This document shows positions 1 through 11,999 of a DNA stretch of 64,000 nucleotides, piece after piece. The stretch's first letter is position 1. The number at the start of each line of letters is the position of its first letter. Source of the stretch: Candidatus Latescibacterota bacterium. Its GTDB lineage: Bacteria; Latescibacterota; UBA2968; UBA8231. Location of the stretch: positions 2,976,001-3,040,000 of the forward strand of contig OZ242318.1 of the NCBI GenBank assembly GCA_965208105.1, read 5' to 3'. The notes beneath the pieces were generated by a model that ran no database searches, was not told where the DNA came from, and was given only the letters and a program-made list of their open reading frames with translations. Made by a program: the position numbers and the translations under genes.

Positions 1-910
1 CAATGCGCAATCCTCTCCGGCCAGACTCGTCGCGAATATTGGAAATGCCCTCTATGGTCTTATCGCGCACGAGGTCCGCCATCTTTTCCAGAAGGGAGGA
101 CTTGTCCACCAGGAACGGGATTTCGGTGATAATGAGGCATTCATCGCCGTTTTTAAACGTTTCGACATCTACCCTCGCTCGCAAGTAGATCAAGCCGCGG
201 CCCGTAAGGTAAGCCTGCTGAACCCCGGCCATGCCATATATGACCCCGCCCGTTGGAAAATCCGGAGCCTTGATATACTCCAGCAACTCGCCAATGGAAA
301 TATCCGGATTGTCGATCAGGGCAACGAGGGCATCAGCCACCTCCGCGATATTGTGAGGCGGGATCTTTGTCGCCATACCAACTGCAATCCCGACCGCGCC
401 ATTGCACAAAAGGTTGGGAAATCTGGCTGGCAATATCTCAGGTTCTACGCGCGTTTCGTCATAGTTATTGCGGAAATCGACGGTGTCCTTTTCCATGTCC
501 GCAAGCAGCTCGGTGGCGGGCCAACCCAACCTCGCCTCCGTATACCGCATGGCAGCAGGGGGGTAGCCATCAATCGAACCGAAATTCCCCTGCCCATCCA
601 CCAGGGGATAGCGCATGCGAAAGTTCTGAGCCATGTGCACGAGAGTAGGATAGACGATCGCCTCTCCGTGCGGGTGGTAGTTGCCCGATGTATCACCCGC
701 GATTTTGGCACATTTCCTGTAGCCCCGGTTTGGCGCCAGGTTCAAATCGTTCATGGCTACCAGAATGCGCCGCTGAGATGGCTTGAGCCCATCGCGCACA
801 TCGGGAAGTGCGCGAGCCATGATGGAACTCATGGCGTACTCGAGGTATGAGGTTTTGAGCTCCTCTTCAATTCTGACCGGAAGGACCCGGGATTCTCTGT
901 TTTCCAGCAT
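1..910 (-). CDS. gyrA: DNA gyrase subunit A (5' part; runs off window start)
   Basis: Manual translation from ATG at 910: [44 protein letters not shown], then HPHG and PAAMRYTE motifs; lies downstream of gyrB. Missing from the ORF track because it is truncated. Confidence 0.97.
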   Translation of the reverse strand, partial: MLENRESRVLPVRIEEELKTSYLEYAMSSIMARALPDVRDGLKPSQRRILVAMNDLNLAPNRGYRKCAKIAGDTSGNYHPHGEAIVYPTLVHMAQNFRMRYPLVDGQGNFGSIDGYPPAAMRYTEARLGWPATELLADMEKDTVDFRNNYDETRVEPEILPARFPNLLCNGAVGIAVGMATKIPPHNIAEVADALVALIDNPDISIGELLEYIKAPDFPTGGVIYGMAGVQQAYLTGRGLIYLRARVDVETFKNGDECLIITEIPFLVDKSSLLEKMADLVRDKTIEGISNIRDESGRRGLRI

Positions 911-970
911 TCTCTGGCGACTTGTCCTTACTTGCTGCCCGTTCGCCCGGCAGTGAGCCGGAAGAGCAAT

Positions 971-3249
<2,279 letters not shown>

Positions 3250-3259
3250 CGCGGTGGAT

Positions 3260-4342
3260 TCAATTCCGGAATTTGATCTCCTCGAATCCATCGCACATTG
3301 GGCTTCCGAGCTCCTGCGAAGTGGTGACGATGACCTGGTTGAACTCATCCAGGACCTCCAAAAGTTTGGCGATGCGGCGGCCATCCAACTCAGAGAACAC
3401 ATCATCCAGAAGTAAAACCGGTTGGTGCCCGCTTTGTTGCTCCAGAAATTTGACCTCTGCCATCTTCCAGGAAACGAGGATCGTCTTGAGTTGACCCTCG
3501 GAGGCATAGATATCGGCAGGCTGATCGGCCAGCGTAAAAACCAGGTCGTCACGATGCGGGCCGCACAATGTGTAGCCATGCCTTAGTTCCATTGCCCTTT
3601 TTTTCGCCAGCTCGGCGAGCAGCTCTTCTTTCAGCTCTTTCTCTTCACTGGACCGGAACCCACAATACTCAATGCCCACAGCTTCCCTGGATGAGAACCG
3701 TTGATAATACCCGACGAAAGACTCGGCTGAATGCTGCAACGCCCGTAATCGGCTTGCCCTCAGGCGTGCGCCAAAATGTCCCAGTTGCTCATCCCACACA
3801 TCCAGGAGGGAATCATCGGGCGGCCTCGCATCCCTTTTGCCTGCCCGCAGCAGGTGGTTCCTCTGCGTCAATACACGGCGAAATTGCTGCAGGTCGTGCA
3901 AGTAGGTGGCGCTGGACTGGGAAAGGAGGATATCGAGGTTCCGCCGGCGTCGAGCGGGGAAGCGTAAAACCAGCGATACGTCCTCTGGGGAGAAATGGAC
4001 CGTGTGAAAAAGGCCTAGAACATCCGACATCCGGGGCAGAGGTGCGTCATTCAAAAAGCACTTCTTACCAGTTCGGCGGTTATAGAAAATGCGCATTTGC
4101 TGGTCGCGCCGACCATCGTGGCAAAGGCCGAAAATGTCAAAAAATTGACCTTGATGCGGTACGGCTTGGCGATCGGCATTCCCGCGTACGGACTTTCCAA
4201 TTGAAAGATACGAAATTGCCTCCAGTATATTGCTTTTTCCACATCCATTCTCCCCAATGATCAGGGTGCGGTCTGATTCGAAGCTTAGGCGGATGTGGTC
4301 AAAATTTCTAAAGGGATGGAGGGTAATCTCGCGGATTCTCAA
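3260..4342 (-). CDS. recF: DNA replication/repair protein RecF
   Basis: FRN, GENGCGKSNILEAI Walker A, GPHRDD, SEGQ, LLLDDVFSELD. Confidence 0.97.
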   Translation of the reverse strand: MRIREITLHPFRNFDHIRLSFESDRTLIIGENGCGKSNILEAISYLSIGKSVRGNADRQAVPHQGQFFDIFGLCHDGRRDQQMRIFYNRRTGKKCFLNDAPLPRMSDVLGLFHTVHFSPEDVSLVLRFPARRRRNLDILLSQSSATYLHDLQQFRRVLTQRNHLLRAGKRDARPPDDSLLDVWDEQLGHFGARLRASRLRALQHSAESFVGYYQRFSSREAVGIEYCGFRSSEEKELKEELLAELAKKRAMELRHGYTLCGPHRDDLVFTLADQPADIYASEGQLKTILVSWKMAEVKFLEQQSGHQPVLLLDDVFSELDGRRIAKLLEVLDEFNQVIVTTSQELGSPMCDGFEEIKFRN

Positions 4343-4356
4343 TGCGCCCGCTTGCC

Positions 4357-5529
4357 TCAGCCACTTGGTCTCAGCGGCATCAATAAGCAGAAATAATCTT
4401 CGCCCTCTTCTTGATGTTCCGGACGCAGGATGGCGGCTGTAACCGAATTACTCAGGTCGAATATTACCTCCTGGGAACCCATTTTGCGCAGGATTTCCAT
4501 CAAATAGGTGGCATTATAGCCCACCTCAATCTCTTCCTCGTCATAAATTGCAGGGATTACCTCTCTCGCCTCGCCGCCGATCTCCTGGCTGGAGGCTGTT
4601 AGCTCAATGGAGTTGCCCTTCAGGTGCAAGCGAACCTGCCTGGTGTATGAATTGGAAAGAATGGACACACGCCGCACGGCAGGCAACAAATGGTCGTTGG
4701 CTACCTGTAGCTTCTTGCTGTTCTGACCGGGAATGACCTGCCTGTAGTTCACATAAGGTCCTTCGATGAGCCTCGAAAGCAGGTAGGTATCGCCCAAATC
4801 AAATAATACCTGACTGGCGCCAAAGATGCACCGAACCAACCTGGACTGGCCGTGGCCATTAAAAAGTTTGACCAGATGGCCGAGGGACTTGGGGGGTACA
4901 ATAACCTCCGTGGCTTGCCGACCGTCCATTTGGCTCTTCAAGTCCAGATTTCGATGGCAATAGGCCAAACGCGAACCATCTGTGGCCACCATATTCATGC
5001 CATTTTCTTCAATGCACCAGAGCACGCCAGTGCAAACGGGCCGGGTTTCATCCTTGGAGACTGCAAATATGGTCTTGTTGACCATTTCTCCCAAAACCCG
5101 GGAATCCAATTGGGGAAGATTATCCACATCAATGGACAAGCCCTCGAGAGAGGTATCCATTTTTGGAAACTCATCTGGAGGCATGCCGGAGAGGCTGTAG
5201 GAGCCTGTTCCATCATCCGAGGATCCCAGGGTCCCGGAAATTACAAGCCGCTCGGACTCTGACTCGATGCTCAATTGAGCTTCAGGCCATTCTCTGGCTA
5301 TTTCAGCGAAGGTCCGAGCAGGAACGACTGTACTTCCGGACCTCTCCACTTTGGCTGAAACATTTGTGGAGATCGATAGATCGAGGTCGGTGGCCGCAAG
5401 GGTCAATTGATCGCGATCCGCGGTAAGGAGGATGTTGGATAGCACCGGCAAAGCCGGTCTGGAAGGCACAACATCAAAGACGGTGTTGACACCGCGCCAC
5501 AACTCATTCTGGTCTATGGTTATTTTCAT
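4357..5529 (-). CDS. dnaN: DNA polymerase III beta clamp
   Basis: ATDLD, VATDGSRLA, SRLIEGPYVNY, LLMPLR; located between dnaA and recF. Confidence 0.97.
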   Translation of the reverse strand: MKITIDQNELWRGVNTVFDVVPSRPALPVLSNILLTADRDQLTLAATDLDLSISTNVSAKVERSGSTVVPARTFAEIAREWPEAQLSIESESERLVISGTLGSSDDGTGSYSLSGMPPDEFPKMDTSLEGLSIDVDNLPQLDSRVLGEMVNKTIFAVSKDETRPVCTGVLWCIEENGMNMVATDGSRLAYCHRNLDLKSQMDGRQATEVIVPPKSLGHLVKLFNGHGQSRLVRCIFGASQVLFDLGDTYLLSRLIEGPYVNYRQVIPGQNSKKLQVANDHLLPAVRRVSILSNSYTRQVRLHLKGNSIELTASSQEIGGEAREVIPAIYDEEEIEVGYNATYLMEILRKMGSQEVIFDLSNSVTAAILRPEHQEEGEDYFCLLMPLRPSG

Positions 5530-5779
5530 AAATTTGAGTATTCGACGAGAAAAAAATGAGGTAAGGAAGCAGGGAGAATAGGCATAATATTCAGATATAA
5601 AATATCTGGTAATTGGGATGTATGGTCAAGTATCGAAGAGGCCTTCGAACCTGTTCAGCTATAACTTTCTCCAGGTCCCGGCGTTGGGTCACCCATTAAT
5701 CTCCCTGGCCATATGAACCAGCAGAGGTTCCAAGGTGCTCAGGAATGGTCATTGATCGGACTTGTATCATTGTGGCCAC

Positions 5780-6130
5780 AGTCAGTACAGCCCACCCTGT
5801 CTCTTTGTCCACATCGATTTTTAGATTTTTCTATTCTAGGTTTTTCCTTTAAGGAATTAGCCGTCCTAGTACAGATGTTCATATGTGGATAATGTGTTCA
5901 TCGAGACATAGAGATCACAAAATATTAAATAAAAACAAATAGTTGGGTAAATTCACCTTATTTGTGGAATTGGATTTGAAATGTGGATAAAGTGGAGGAA
6001 GGGGGTGGATTGTGTGGCGGGGACGAGGACGAGACAGTGTTACAACTTCTCCACAATTTATCCACAGGGATGAAAAACCGAGATGTGGATTAATTTGTGG
6101 AAAACTTGGCGCTGCCAGAATGGCAGGTTT
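5780..6130. other. oriC: Probable replication origin oriC (dnaA-dnaN intergenic)
   Basis: Perfect DnaA boxes TGTGGATAA at 5884-5892 and 5982-5990 and TTATCCACA at 6058-6066. Near matches at 5805-5813, 6047-6055, 6084-6092 and 6096-6104. AT-rich tracts ~5815-5860 and ~5918-5945; IHF-like AAACAAATAGTTG at 5933-5945. Confidence 0.85.
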
Positions 6131-6136
6131 AGGTGC

Positions 6137-7564
6137 TCAAGACCGGGAAAATTCCTGCCGGATTGAGTGGGAGAGGGACTCCACGGCAGAGGCGATGCTA
6201 GGATCTTTTCGGCATTTCTCTTCAATGGTTTGAATTGCGTGTATGACAGTTGTATGGTCCCGGTTGCCAAAATGCCGGCCGATCATCTTGAGGGGGTTCT
6301 GGGTGAGGCGCTTGGCCAGGAACATGGCAATTTGACGGGCTAAGGCAACCTTTTGTTTCCTGGTTCTACTGATGAGTTGTTCCGAACTCATGTCAAAGTG
6401 CTCGGCGACCTGCTGCTGGATCGTCTCGATATTTAAAGGAGACTTTACTATTTGAATCCGTTCTTGGACAATTTGTTGGGCGGTTTGTACCGTCGGCTCG
6501 CACTGGTTCACTGAGCAATAGGCCATCAAATGTATCAAAGCTCCCTCCAGTTCCCGTATGTTGGAGCTGATATAATTTCCTAAGAAGATGGCCACGTCTT
6601 CCGGTAGATGAATATTGTTGATTTCTGCTTTTTGCTTCAGGATGGCGATTCGAGTCTCCAGGTCGGGCGGGTCGATATTTGTCACCAACCCCCATTGAAA
6701 CCTCGAAATCAATCGTTCTTCCAGTCCTTCAAGTTTCCTCGGCGGGCTATCGCAGGTCATTGCGATTTGCTTGCCGTTTTGGTGTAAGGCATTGAATGTA
6801 TGGAAGAACTCCTTCCTGGTCTGCTCACCTCTAAGGAGAAATTGAATATCGTCCACCAACAGGAGATCGGCACTTCGGTAAAGGCGCTGGAATTCGGCAG
6901 TCGTGCGATTTTTGATGGCCTCGATAAAATCGCTCATGAATTTTTCAGAGGGAACATAGGTGACTTGACGCGTAGTACTTTCTTGCAGGACATGGTGGCC
7001 GATTGCCTGTAGAAGGTGGGTTTTTCCCAGCCCTACTCCTCCGTAGATGACCAATGGATTGAACTGGGTTTTTCCGGGTGACTTGGCAACCGCCCAGGCC
7101 GCAGCATGAGCAAAGCGATTGAACTCCCCGACGACAAAAGTTTCAAAGGTGTAGCGGTTGTTCAAGGGCATATGAGCTTGCTGCGAATGGATCGCTTCGG
7201 TGCGGGGATGCTCGAAGTGGGCCTGCCCTTCGGTGTCCAGGCGAGAAGACTGTGAAAACGGTTCCGAAGGGTTTCTTGTCGGAGGAAGGTAGGCTGGTGA
7301 TTGGGGGTGATTTTCCTCCGCTACCGCGAAGGAAATCTTCGGTTTGAAATGGGTTTCTTCCTGGACCACTTCCTTGATCAGGGTCAGGTAGTTACTCTCG
7401 ACCCACTCTGCAGAGTATGAGGTGGGGCACTCAATAACCAGGTTCTCTTCGCTAAAGCTCCAAGCTTTAGTTGGACGGAACCAGGAATTGAAGCTCTGAG
7501 GTCGGACACGTCGCTCAATGCTCAAGAGACACTGAGCCCACAGTTCTTGGTGATCCTGGGACAT
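6137..7564 (-). CDS. dnaA: Chromosomal replication initiator DnaA
   Basis: NPLVIYGGVGLGKTHL, LLVDDIQF, NIRELEGAL, RDHTTVIHA. Confidence 0.98.
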   Translation of the reverse strand: MSQDHQELWAQCLLSIERRVRPQSFNSWFRPTKAWSFSEENLVIECPTSYSAEWVESNYLTLIKEVVQEETHFKPKISFAVAEENHPQSPAYLPPTRNPSEPFSQSSRLDTEGQAHFEHPRTEAIHSQQAHMPLNNRYTFETFVVGEFNRFAHAAAWAVAKSPGKTQFNPLVIYGGVGLGKTHLLQAIGHHVLQESTTRQVTYVPSEKFMSDFIEAIKNRTTAEFQRLYRSADLLLVDDIQFLLRGEQTRKEFFHTFNALHQNGKQIAMTCDSPPRKLEGLEERLISRFQWGLVTNIDPPDLETRIAILKQKAEINNIHLPEDVAIFLGNYISSNIRELEGALIHLMAYCSVNQCEPTVQTAQQIVQERIQIVKSPLNIETIQQQVAEHFDMSSEQLISRTRKQKVALARQIAMFLAKRLTQNPLKMIGRHFGNRDHTTVIHAIQTIEEKCRKDPSIASAVESLSHSIRQEFSRS

Positions 7565-7593
7565 TCCTGAGGGGGTTGGGTTAAGGTCAAGTT

Positions 7594-7622
7594 AACCTAT
7601 CAAATGACAGCACGAGGGTCAA
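7594..7622 (-). promoter_or_regulatory. Putative sigma70 promoter of dnaA
   Basis: Minus strand TTGACC-N17-TAGGTT with a TGn extended -10, about 30 nt upstream of the dnaA start. Confidence 0.5.
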
Positions 7623-7660
7623 GAAATATTTGCCTGCAAACCGGTTGGGCCTTATACAGA

Positions 7661-7688
7661 TTGACAGTAAGGATTTTCCACTTATATT
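7661..7688 (+). promoter_or_regulatory. Putative sigma70 promoter of the rpmH operon
   Basis: TTGACA-N16-TATATT; the spacer contains a DnaA-box-like TTTTCCACT. Confidence 0.55.
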
Positions 7689-7771
7689 CTGTGGTTCCTG
7701 TTTCAATTCCTGAATACATTGGAAACGAGAAACGAAGTTCGAGGAACCATTCGCCAATCGAAAGTGTAATT

Positions 7772-7906
7772 GTGAAGCGAACTTTTCAGCCAAGCAACAA
7801 AAAGCGGCGCAACAAGCATGGGTTCCGCAGCCGTATGCGCACACCCAGTGGCCGTCCAATTATCAACCGACGTCGACGCCGCGGACGCAGGCGGTTGGCT
7901 GTGTGA
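7772..7906 (+). CDS. rpmH: 50S ribosomal protein L34
   Basis: GTG start, [22 protein letters not shown]...GRRRLAV. Confidence 0.97.
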   Translation: MKRTFQPSNKKRRNKHGFRSRMRTPSGRPIINRRRRRGRRRLAV

Positions 7907-7909
7907 GTT

Positions 7910-8176
7910 ATGGGTTGGGTTAAGGGAGTGCGTCTATGGCTGCGCTCCGGAGGTAAAGCGTCAGGGGTGGTCTTTATCGTGCGGAGAAAATTGGGAACGG
8001 CTGTGATGCGGAACCGCTTGAAACGGCGGCTGAGAAGTATCTGTCGCGAACTCGAGTTCCGCCAGGGCAGCGTGGTCATTGCCGCCCAACCTGCGGCCAT
8101 CGAAGCTTCTTATCGGGAATTGCGCGAAGAATTGAATGTATTGATTTCCAGGTATGTCAAGGGACTTTCCCGTTGA
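7910..8176 (+). CDS. rnpA: Ribonuclease P protein component (short form)
   Basis: RNR motif KLGTAVMRNRLKRRLR; rpmH-rnpA-yidD synteny; only 88 aa. Confidence 0.85.
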   Translation: MGWVKGVRLWLRSGGKASGVVFIVRRKLGTAVMRNRLKRRLRSICRELEFRQGSVVIAAQPAAIEASYRELREELNVLISRYVKGLSR

Positions 8177-8385
8177 TGAAAACCCTTCTGATTTTTCTTG
8201 TCAAATTCTATCGCCTTTGTTTCTCTCCCTTTCTTCCTCCATCCTGCCGGTTTCTGCCGACTTGCTCCCAATATACCATCGATGTGCTGAATAAATATGG
8301 TTGGCTCAAGGGAAGTCTCCGCGCGTTTCAACGACTTCTGCGCTGTCATCCCTGGGGAGGTAGAGGGGGGTACGACCCCGCCTAA
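8176..8385 (+). CDS. yidD: Membrane protein insertion efficiency factor
   Basis: CRFLPTCSQY and RCHPWG.GGYDP motifs. Confidence 0.95.
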   Translation: MKTLLIFLVKFYRLCFSPFLPPSCRFLPTCSQYTIDVLNKYGWLKGSLRAFQRLLRCHPWGGRGGYDPA

Positions 8386-8495
8386 ACTCGGTCAGGTCCT
8401 TCCGCGTTCAACCTTTTCAAATCCCCATGATTTCTGGATTTACCGCCGGAAGAACGGACTGGATTTACAGCTATTGAGAAGATCTTCGAGGACTT

Positions 8496-10160
8496 ATGGA
8501 GGACAAGCGAACGCTCCTGGCCTTTTTGCTCATCGGCCTGATTCTACTGTTAATCCCTTACTATTACGAGTGGATGGGAATGGGCCCAAAACCCACTCCT
8601 TTGGAAGAAACCTCCTCCGAACCCAGGCAAGCCGTTGATTCCGCTCCGACAACTCTCCCGGATTCACAGGTCCAGCCCTCCGACAAATTTCAAAAAGATC
8701 CATTTTTGAGTCCCTCTGAAAGGGGGTCGTTTACTCCACGGCGCGTCACCGTACAAACCCCTCACCAGGAGCTGACCTTTTCGACTCTGGGGGGAAACAT
8801 CGTTTCTGCCCGATTGTTGAAATATTTTAAAACCGAAGGTCAGAGTGTGGAGCTCGTTCCTCCAGGAGGGCAAGGGTTTTCTCTTTCTCTGGGTTACAAA
8901 GAATCTTCCTGGGACCTTTCTGATTTCGAGTTCGTCCCCAGCCAGGAGCAAGTATGGGTGGATTCGGGAGAAACGGCGGCCTTGAATTTCAGTTGCTTTT
9001 TGGAAGGAGGACGAAAAGTTGAGAAGAAATTCAGCTTTTCAGGGGATAGTTACGGGATTGAGCTCGAGGTATACCTGCATGGTTTTCACGAAGACACAGA
9101 CCTCTGGTTGAGTTGGGACAAAGGCATTGCCAGCACCGAAGCCAAAGAGAGGTCCTCCTCATTTCTCTTTGTTCAACCCAATATGTCCAGGAGGTTGATG
9201 GCATATTTGAATGAGGAACGGACGGAATTGGAATCCGGTGACGAAACGAAGACATGGAGTGACAAAGGCCCCCTGAAGTGGGCGGCAATCCGGAACCAAT
9301 ATTTTCTGGTCGCCTTGGCCCCCCGAGACTCCGGCTACTTCCGGGTGGAGCTCGAGGCTCAGGCAGAAGACCAGTTTTCCCCTGAAGAGGGCAATTCATA
9401 CAAGGTGGGAGCTCGGCTCGGCACTTCTGGACGATGGCGCAATCTCTTGTACCTGGGCCCACTTTCCTATGACGAGCTCGCCAGTTACAATGCAGACCTG
9501 GAGCGCGCCCTTGATCTCGGCTTTCCAATCATCCGAGAGATCAGCAAGGGGCTTTTGATCGTTTTTCTCGCCTCCTACAAGCATGTTCCAAATTACGGGG
9601 TCGTGATAATCCTTATAGCCGTGGCGATCAAGATTTTGGTATATCCATTAACACATAAATCCTATGAGTCCATGGCCAAGATGCAGCAGCTACAGCCAAA
9701 AATGGCCGCGCTGCGAGAGAAATACAAAAATGACAACCAGCGTCTCAGCCGGGAGACGATGAAACTCTACAAGGAAGAAGGAGTTAACCCCCTCGGAGGG
9801 TGTCTTCCGATGCTGCTCCAGATGCCCATCTTTTTTGCCCTGTACAATGTTTTCAGCAGTACGATCGAGCTTCGTCAAGCGCCATTTGTTCTATGGATAG
9901 ACGATCTTTCCCAGCCTGATGTGATCGATTTCGGGGGATTTGAATTGCATGTTCTTCCACTTCTCATGGCGGGGTCGATGTTTGTCCAGCAGAAAATGAC
10001 CATGAAAGATCCCAAACAGGCTTTTTTGGTATATTTAATGCCTGTTTTCATGATTTTTATCTTCTGGAGTATCTCATCGGGGCTGGTTCTTTACTGGACG
10101 ATTTTTAACGTGTTGAGCATTGGGCAACAATATTTGATCAACCGCATTAAAGGGTCTTGA
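8496..10160 (+). CDS. yidC: Membrane protein insertase YidC
   Basis: N-terminal TM, periplasmic domain, GVNPLGGCLPMLLQMPIF, WIDDLS.PD, SGLVLYW. Confidence 0.97.
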   Translation: MEDKRTLLAFLLIGLILLLIPYYYEWMGMGPKPTPLEETSSEPRQAVDSAPTTLPDSQVQPSDKFQKDPFLSPSERGSFTPRRVTVQTPHQELTFSTLGGNIVSARLLKYFKTEGQSVELVPPGGQGFSLSLGYKESSWDLSDFEFVPSQEQVWVDSGETAALNFSCFLEGGRKVEKKFSFSGDSYGIELEVYLHGFHEDTDLWLSWDKGIASTEAKERSSSFLFVQPNMSRRLMAYLNEERTELESGDETKTWSDKGPLKWAAIRNQYFLVALAPRDSGYFRVELEAQAEDQFSPEEGNSYKVGARLGTSGRWRNLLYLGPLSYDELASYNADLERALDLGFPIIREISKGLLIVFLASYKHVPNYGVVIILIAVAIKILVYPLTHKSYESMAKMQQLQPKMAALREKYKNDNQRLSRETMKLYKEEGVNPLGGCLPMLLQMPIFFALYNVFSSTIELRQAPFVLWIDDLSQPDVIDFGGFELHVLPLLMAGSMFVQQKMTMKDPKQAFLVYLMPVFMIFIFWSISSGLVLYWTIFNVLSIGQQYLINRIKGS

Positions 10161-10233
10161 AGGTCCGCTTTAAATCGATTCCGCTTACTTATAGGCCCTT
10201 ACCCGAACTCTTTCCTTCCGAAAGCAACCTTCC

Positions 10234-11595
10234 TTGAGTTTGTCAGAAACCATCGTGGCTATTTCCACCTCCCGCGGGGAGGGTGGCCTGGGAATCGTGC
10301 GATTGAGCGGGCCTGGGGCCATCCAAATCGGGAGAAGGGTTTTCCGCTCCACCCCACCTCTTGGTGAGCGTATCCGCCATATTGAGTATGGCAGAGTTGT
10401 TGATGGGAACAGGGAAATCGACACTGGGCTTGCCTGGGCCTTGAAGGCTCCAAACTCGTATACCGGCGAGGATACCATTGAAATCAGCTGCCATGGCAGT
10501 TCCCTGGTTCTGGAGACCCTGGTCCAGGTTTCTGTTGCCAATGGAGCGGTGCCGGCCTCTCCGGGGGAGTTTACGCGAAGGGCATTTCTCAATGGCCGCC
10601 TTGACCTGCTGCAAGCCGAGGCTGTCGTAGACCTGATCCAGGCGGGAAACAAATTTGATCTTGAAAATGCCTATGGACATACCCGGGGACGGCTTTCAAA
10701 TCTTGTCAGGCAGCTGAAATCCCGCCTGATAAGATCCTTGTCCCTTCTCGAGGTCGGGCTGGATTTCAGCGATGAAGATGTAGATGAAGTTTGCAGGCAG
10801 CAGATCCTGGATGAAATCCACAAGGCGATTGAATCAGGCAGGCAGCTATCTGATACATTTGAGGGGAGCCGTCGCCGGCAAGACGGGCTGTTGGTTGTTT
10901 TGGCGGGGCGGCCAAACGTGGGAAAATCTACCCTGCTCAATTCCCTGCTGGGGGAAGAGAAGGCTATCGTCACCCCGATTCCGGGGACGACCAGAGATCT
11001 GGTCGAAGGCCGCACTACTTGGGCAGGGGAGACAGTGAGGGTCTTGGATACGGCCGGCTTGAGAGTGGGAGGAGGTCTGGTAGAAAAGGAAGGGATTCGG
11101 CGGACTCGGGAAAGCATTGCAAATGCAGACCTGGTTCTGGCCATCCTGGACGCATCGCGTGATTGGCAGGAAGAGGATGGGCAGGTCATGGAGCTTGCCC
11201 TGAGCAGACCATGCCTGACGGTTTTAAATAAATTTGACCTTCCACGAAGGTTGGAGGTCCCAGGTCCATGGCGCAAAAAGTGTTCCTTTCTCAATGTTTC
11301 GGCCCTTCGGGGGACGGGGTTGAATCTATTGAGAAAACGAGCCATGGAGAAAATTCCCCGGCCACACCTTGTCGAAGGAGTTGGCATTACCCGGCAGAGA
11401 CATCGCGACTGTCTCCTGCGTGCCGTAGAGCGGGCAGAAATGGCCGGGGAAATGCTGGCAGGGCGGCATCTGGATGAATGCGTCGCGGCTGAGATTCGAG
11501 AAGCGGTAAATTTCCTGGGGGAGATGTTGGGGGAAAGAGATCCTGGGGAGGATCTTCTGGATAAGATTTTCTCCGAATTTTGCATAGGCAAATGA
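10234..11595 (+). CDS. mnmE: tRNA modification GTPase MnmE
   Basis: TIVAIST, SYTGED, GRPNVGKS, PGTTRD, DTAG, C-terminal FCIGK. Confidence 0.97.
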   Translation: MSLSETIVAISTSRGEGGLGIVRLSGPGAIQIGRRVFRSTPPLGERIRHIEYGRVVDGNREIDTGLAWALKAPNSYTGEDTIEISCHGSSLVLETLVQVSVANGAVPASPGEFTRRAFLNGRLDLLQAEAVVDLIQAGNKFDLENAYGHTRGRLSNLVRQLKSRLIRSLSLLEVGLDFSDEDVDEVCRQQILDEIHKAIESGRQLSDTFEGSRRRQDGLLVVLAGRPNVGKSTLLNSLLGEEKAIVTPIPGTTRDLVEGRTTWAGETVRVLDTAGLRVGGGLVEKEGIRRTRESIANADLVLAILDASRDWQEEDGQVMELALSRPCLTVLNKFDLPRRLEVPGPWRKKCSFLNVSALRGTGLNLLRKRAMEKIPRPHLVEGVGITRQRHRDCLLRAVERAEMAGEMLAGRHLDECVAAEIREAVNFLGEMLGERDPGEDLLDKIFSEFCIGK

Positions 11596-11597
11596 TA

Positions 11598-11613
11598 TGT
11601 TCCACGTGAAACA
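11598..11613. promoter_or_regulatory. parS: parS site 1 (ParB loading site)
   Basis: TGTTCCACGTGAAACA, one mismatch to consensus TGTTTCACGTGAAACA; origin-proximal. Confidence 0.9.
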
Positions 11614-11637
11614 CAACTGGGATGCCGTAATTCCTGG

Positions 11638-11653
11638 CGTTCCACGTGAAACG
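11638..11653. promoter_or_regulatory. parS: parS site 2
   Basis: CGTTCCACGTGAAACG, 40 bp after site 1. Confidence 0.85.
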
Positions 11654-11711
11654 AATTGGGTTTGGCTTATTTACTCGGTCTTCAACGCCCTGGTGGTTCG
11701 AGGGCCATTAA

Positions 11712-11890
11712 TTGTCCACACCAATGTTGGAAAGGCTGTTGATAAGTTTATGGTGTTGCCATGTCCTCGGATATCGCGCGCATCCACATTAATTTATTGA
11801 TTTAAAATAAGATACGGGGTTTTTTGAAGGCAATTTCGGATCCGAGTTCTCCGCTTTTGTGGGTATTTGTGGTGTCCCATTTGTGGATAA
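11712..11890. promoter_or_regulatory. Second DnaA-box cluster with an IHF consensus site
   Basis: TTGTCCACA 11712-11720, TGTTGATAA 11737-11745, TGTGGATAA 11882-11890; minus-strand AATCAATAAATTA (WATCAANNNNTTR) at 11790-11802. Confidence 0.6.
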
Positions 11891-11999
11891 ATTTGAAAAA
11901 ATATCCCTTGCAGGGAGGTGGAGTTTTGGTCTATATTCTACTCTTATAAGTTGATTTGGGGCCTTCCGCGCCCGGTGGACCTAAGAGTGGGGAAATTTT

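Noticed and set aside
10671-11645. 324-aa - strand ORF and other long antisense ORFs (e.g. 44063-45019, 17747-18562, 52903-53703)
   Set aside because: They overlap well-supported genes on the opposite strand and have low-complexity Arg/Ser/Pro composition.
11597-11800. ORFs starting MFHVKH / MFHVEH
   Set aside because: These are translations of the parS palindrome, not proteins.
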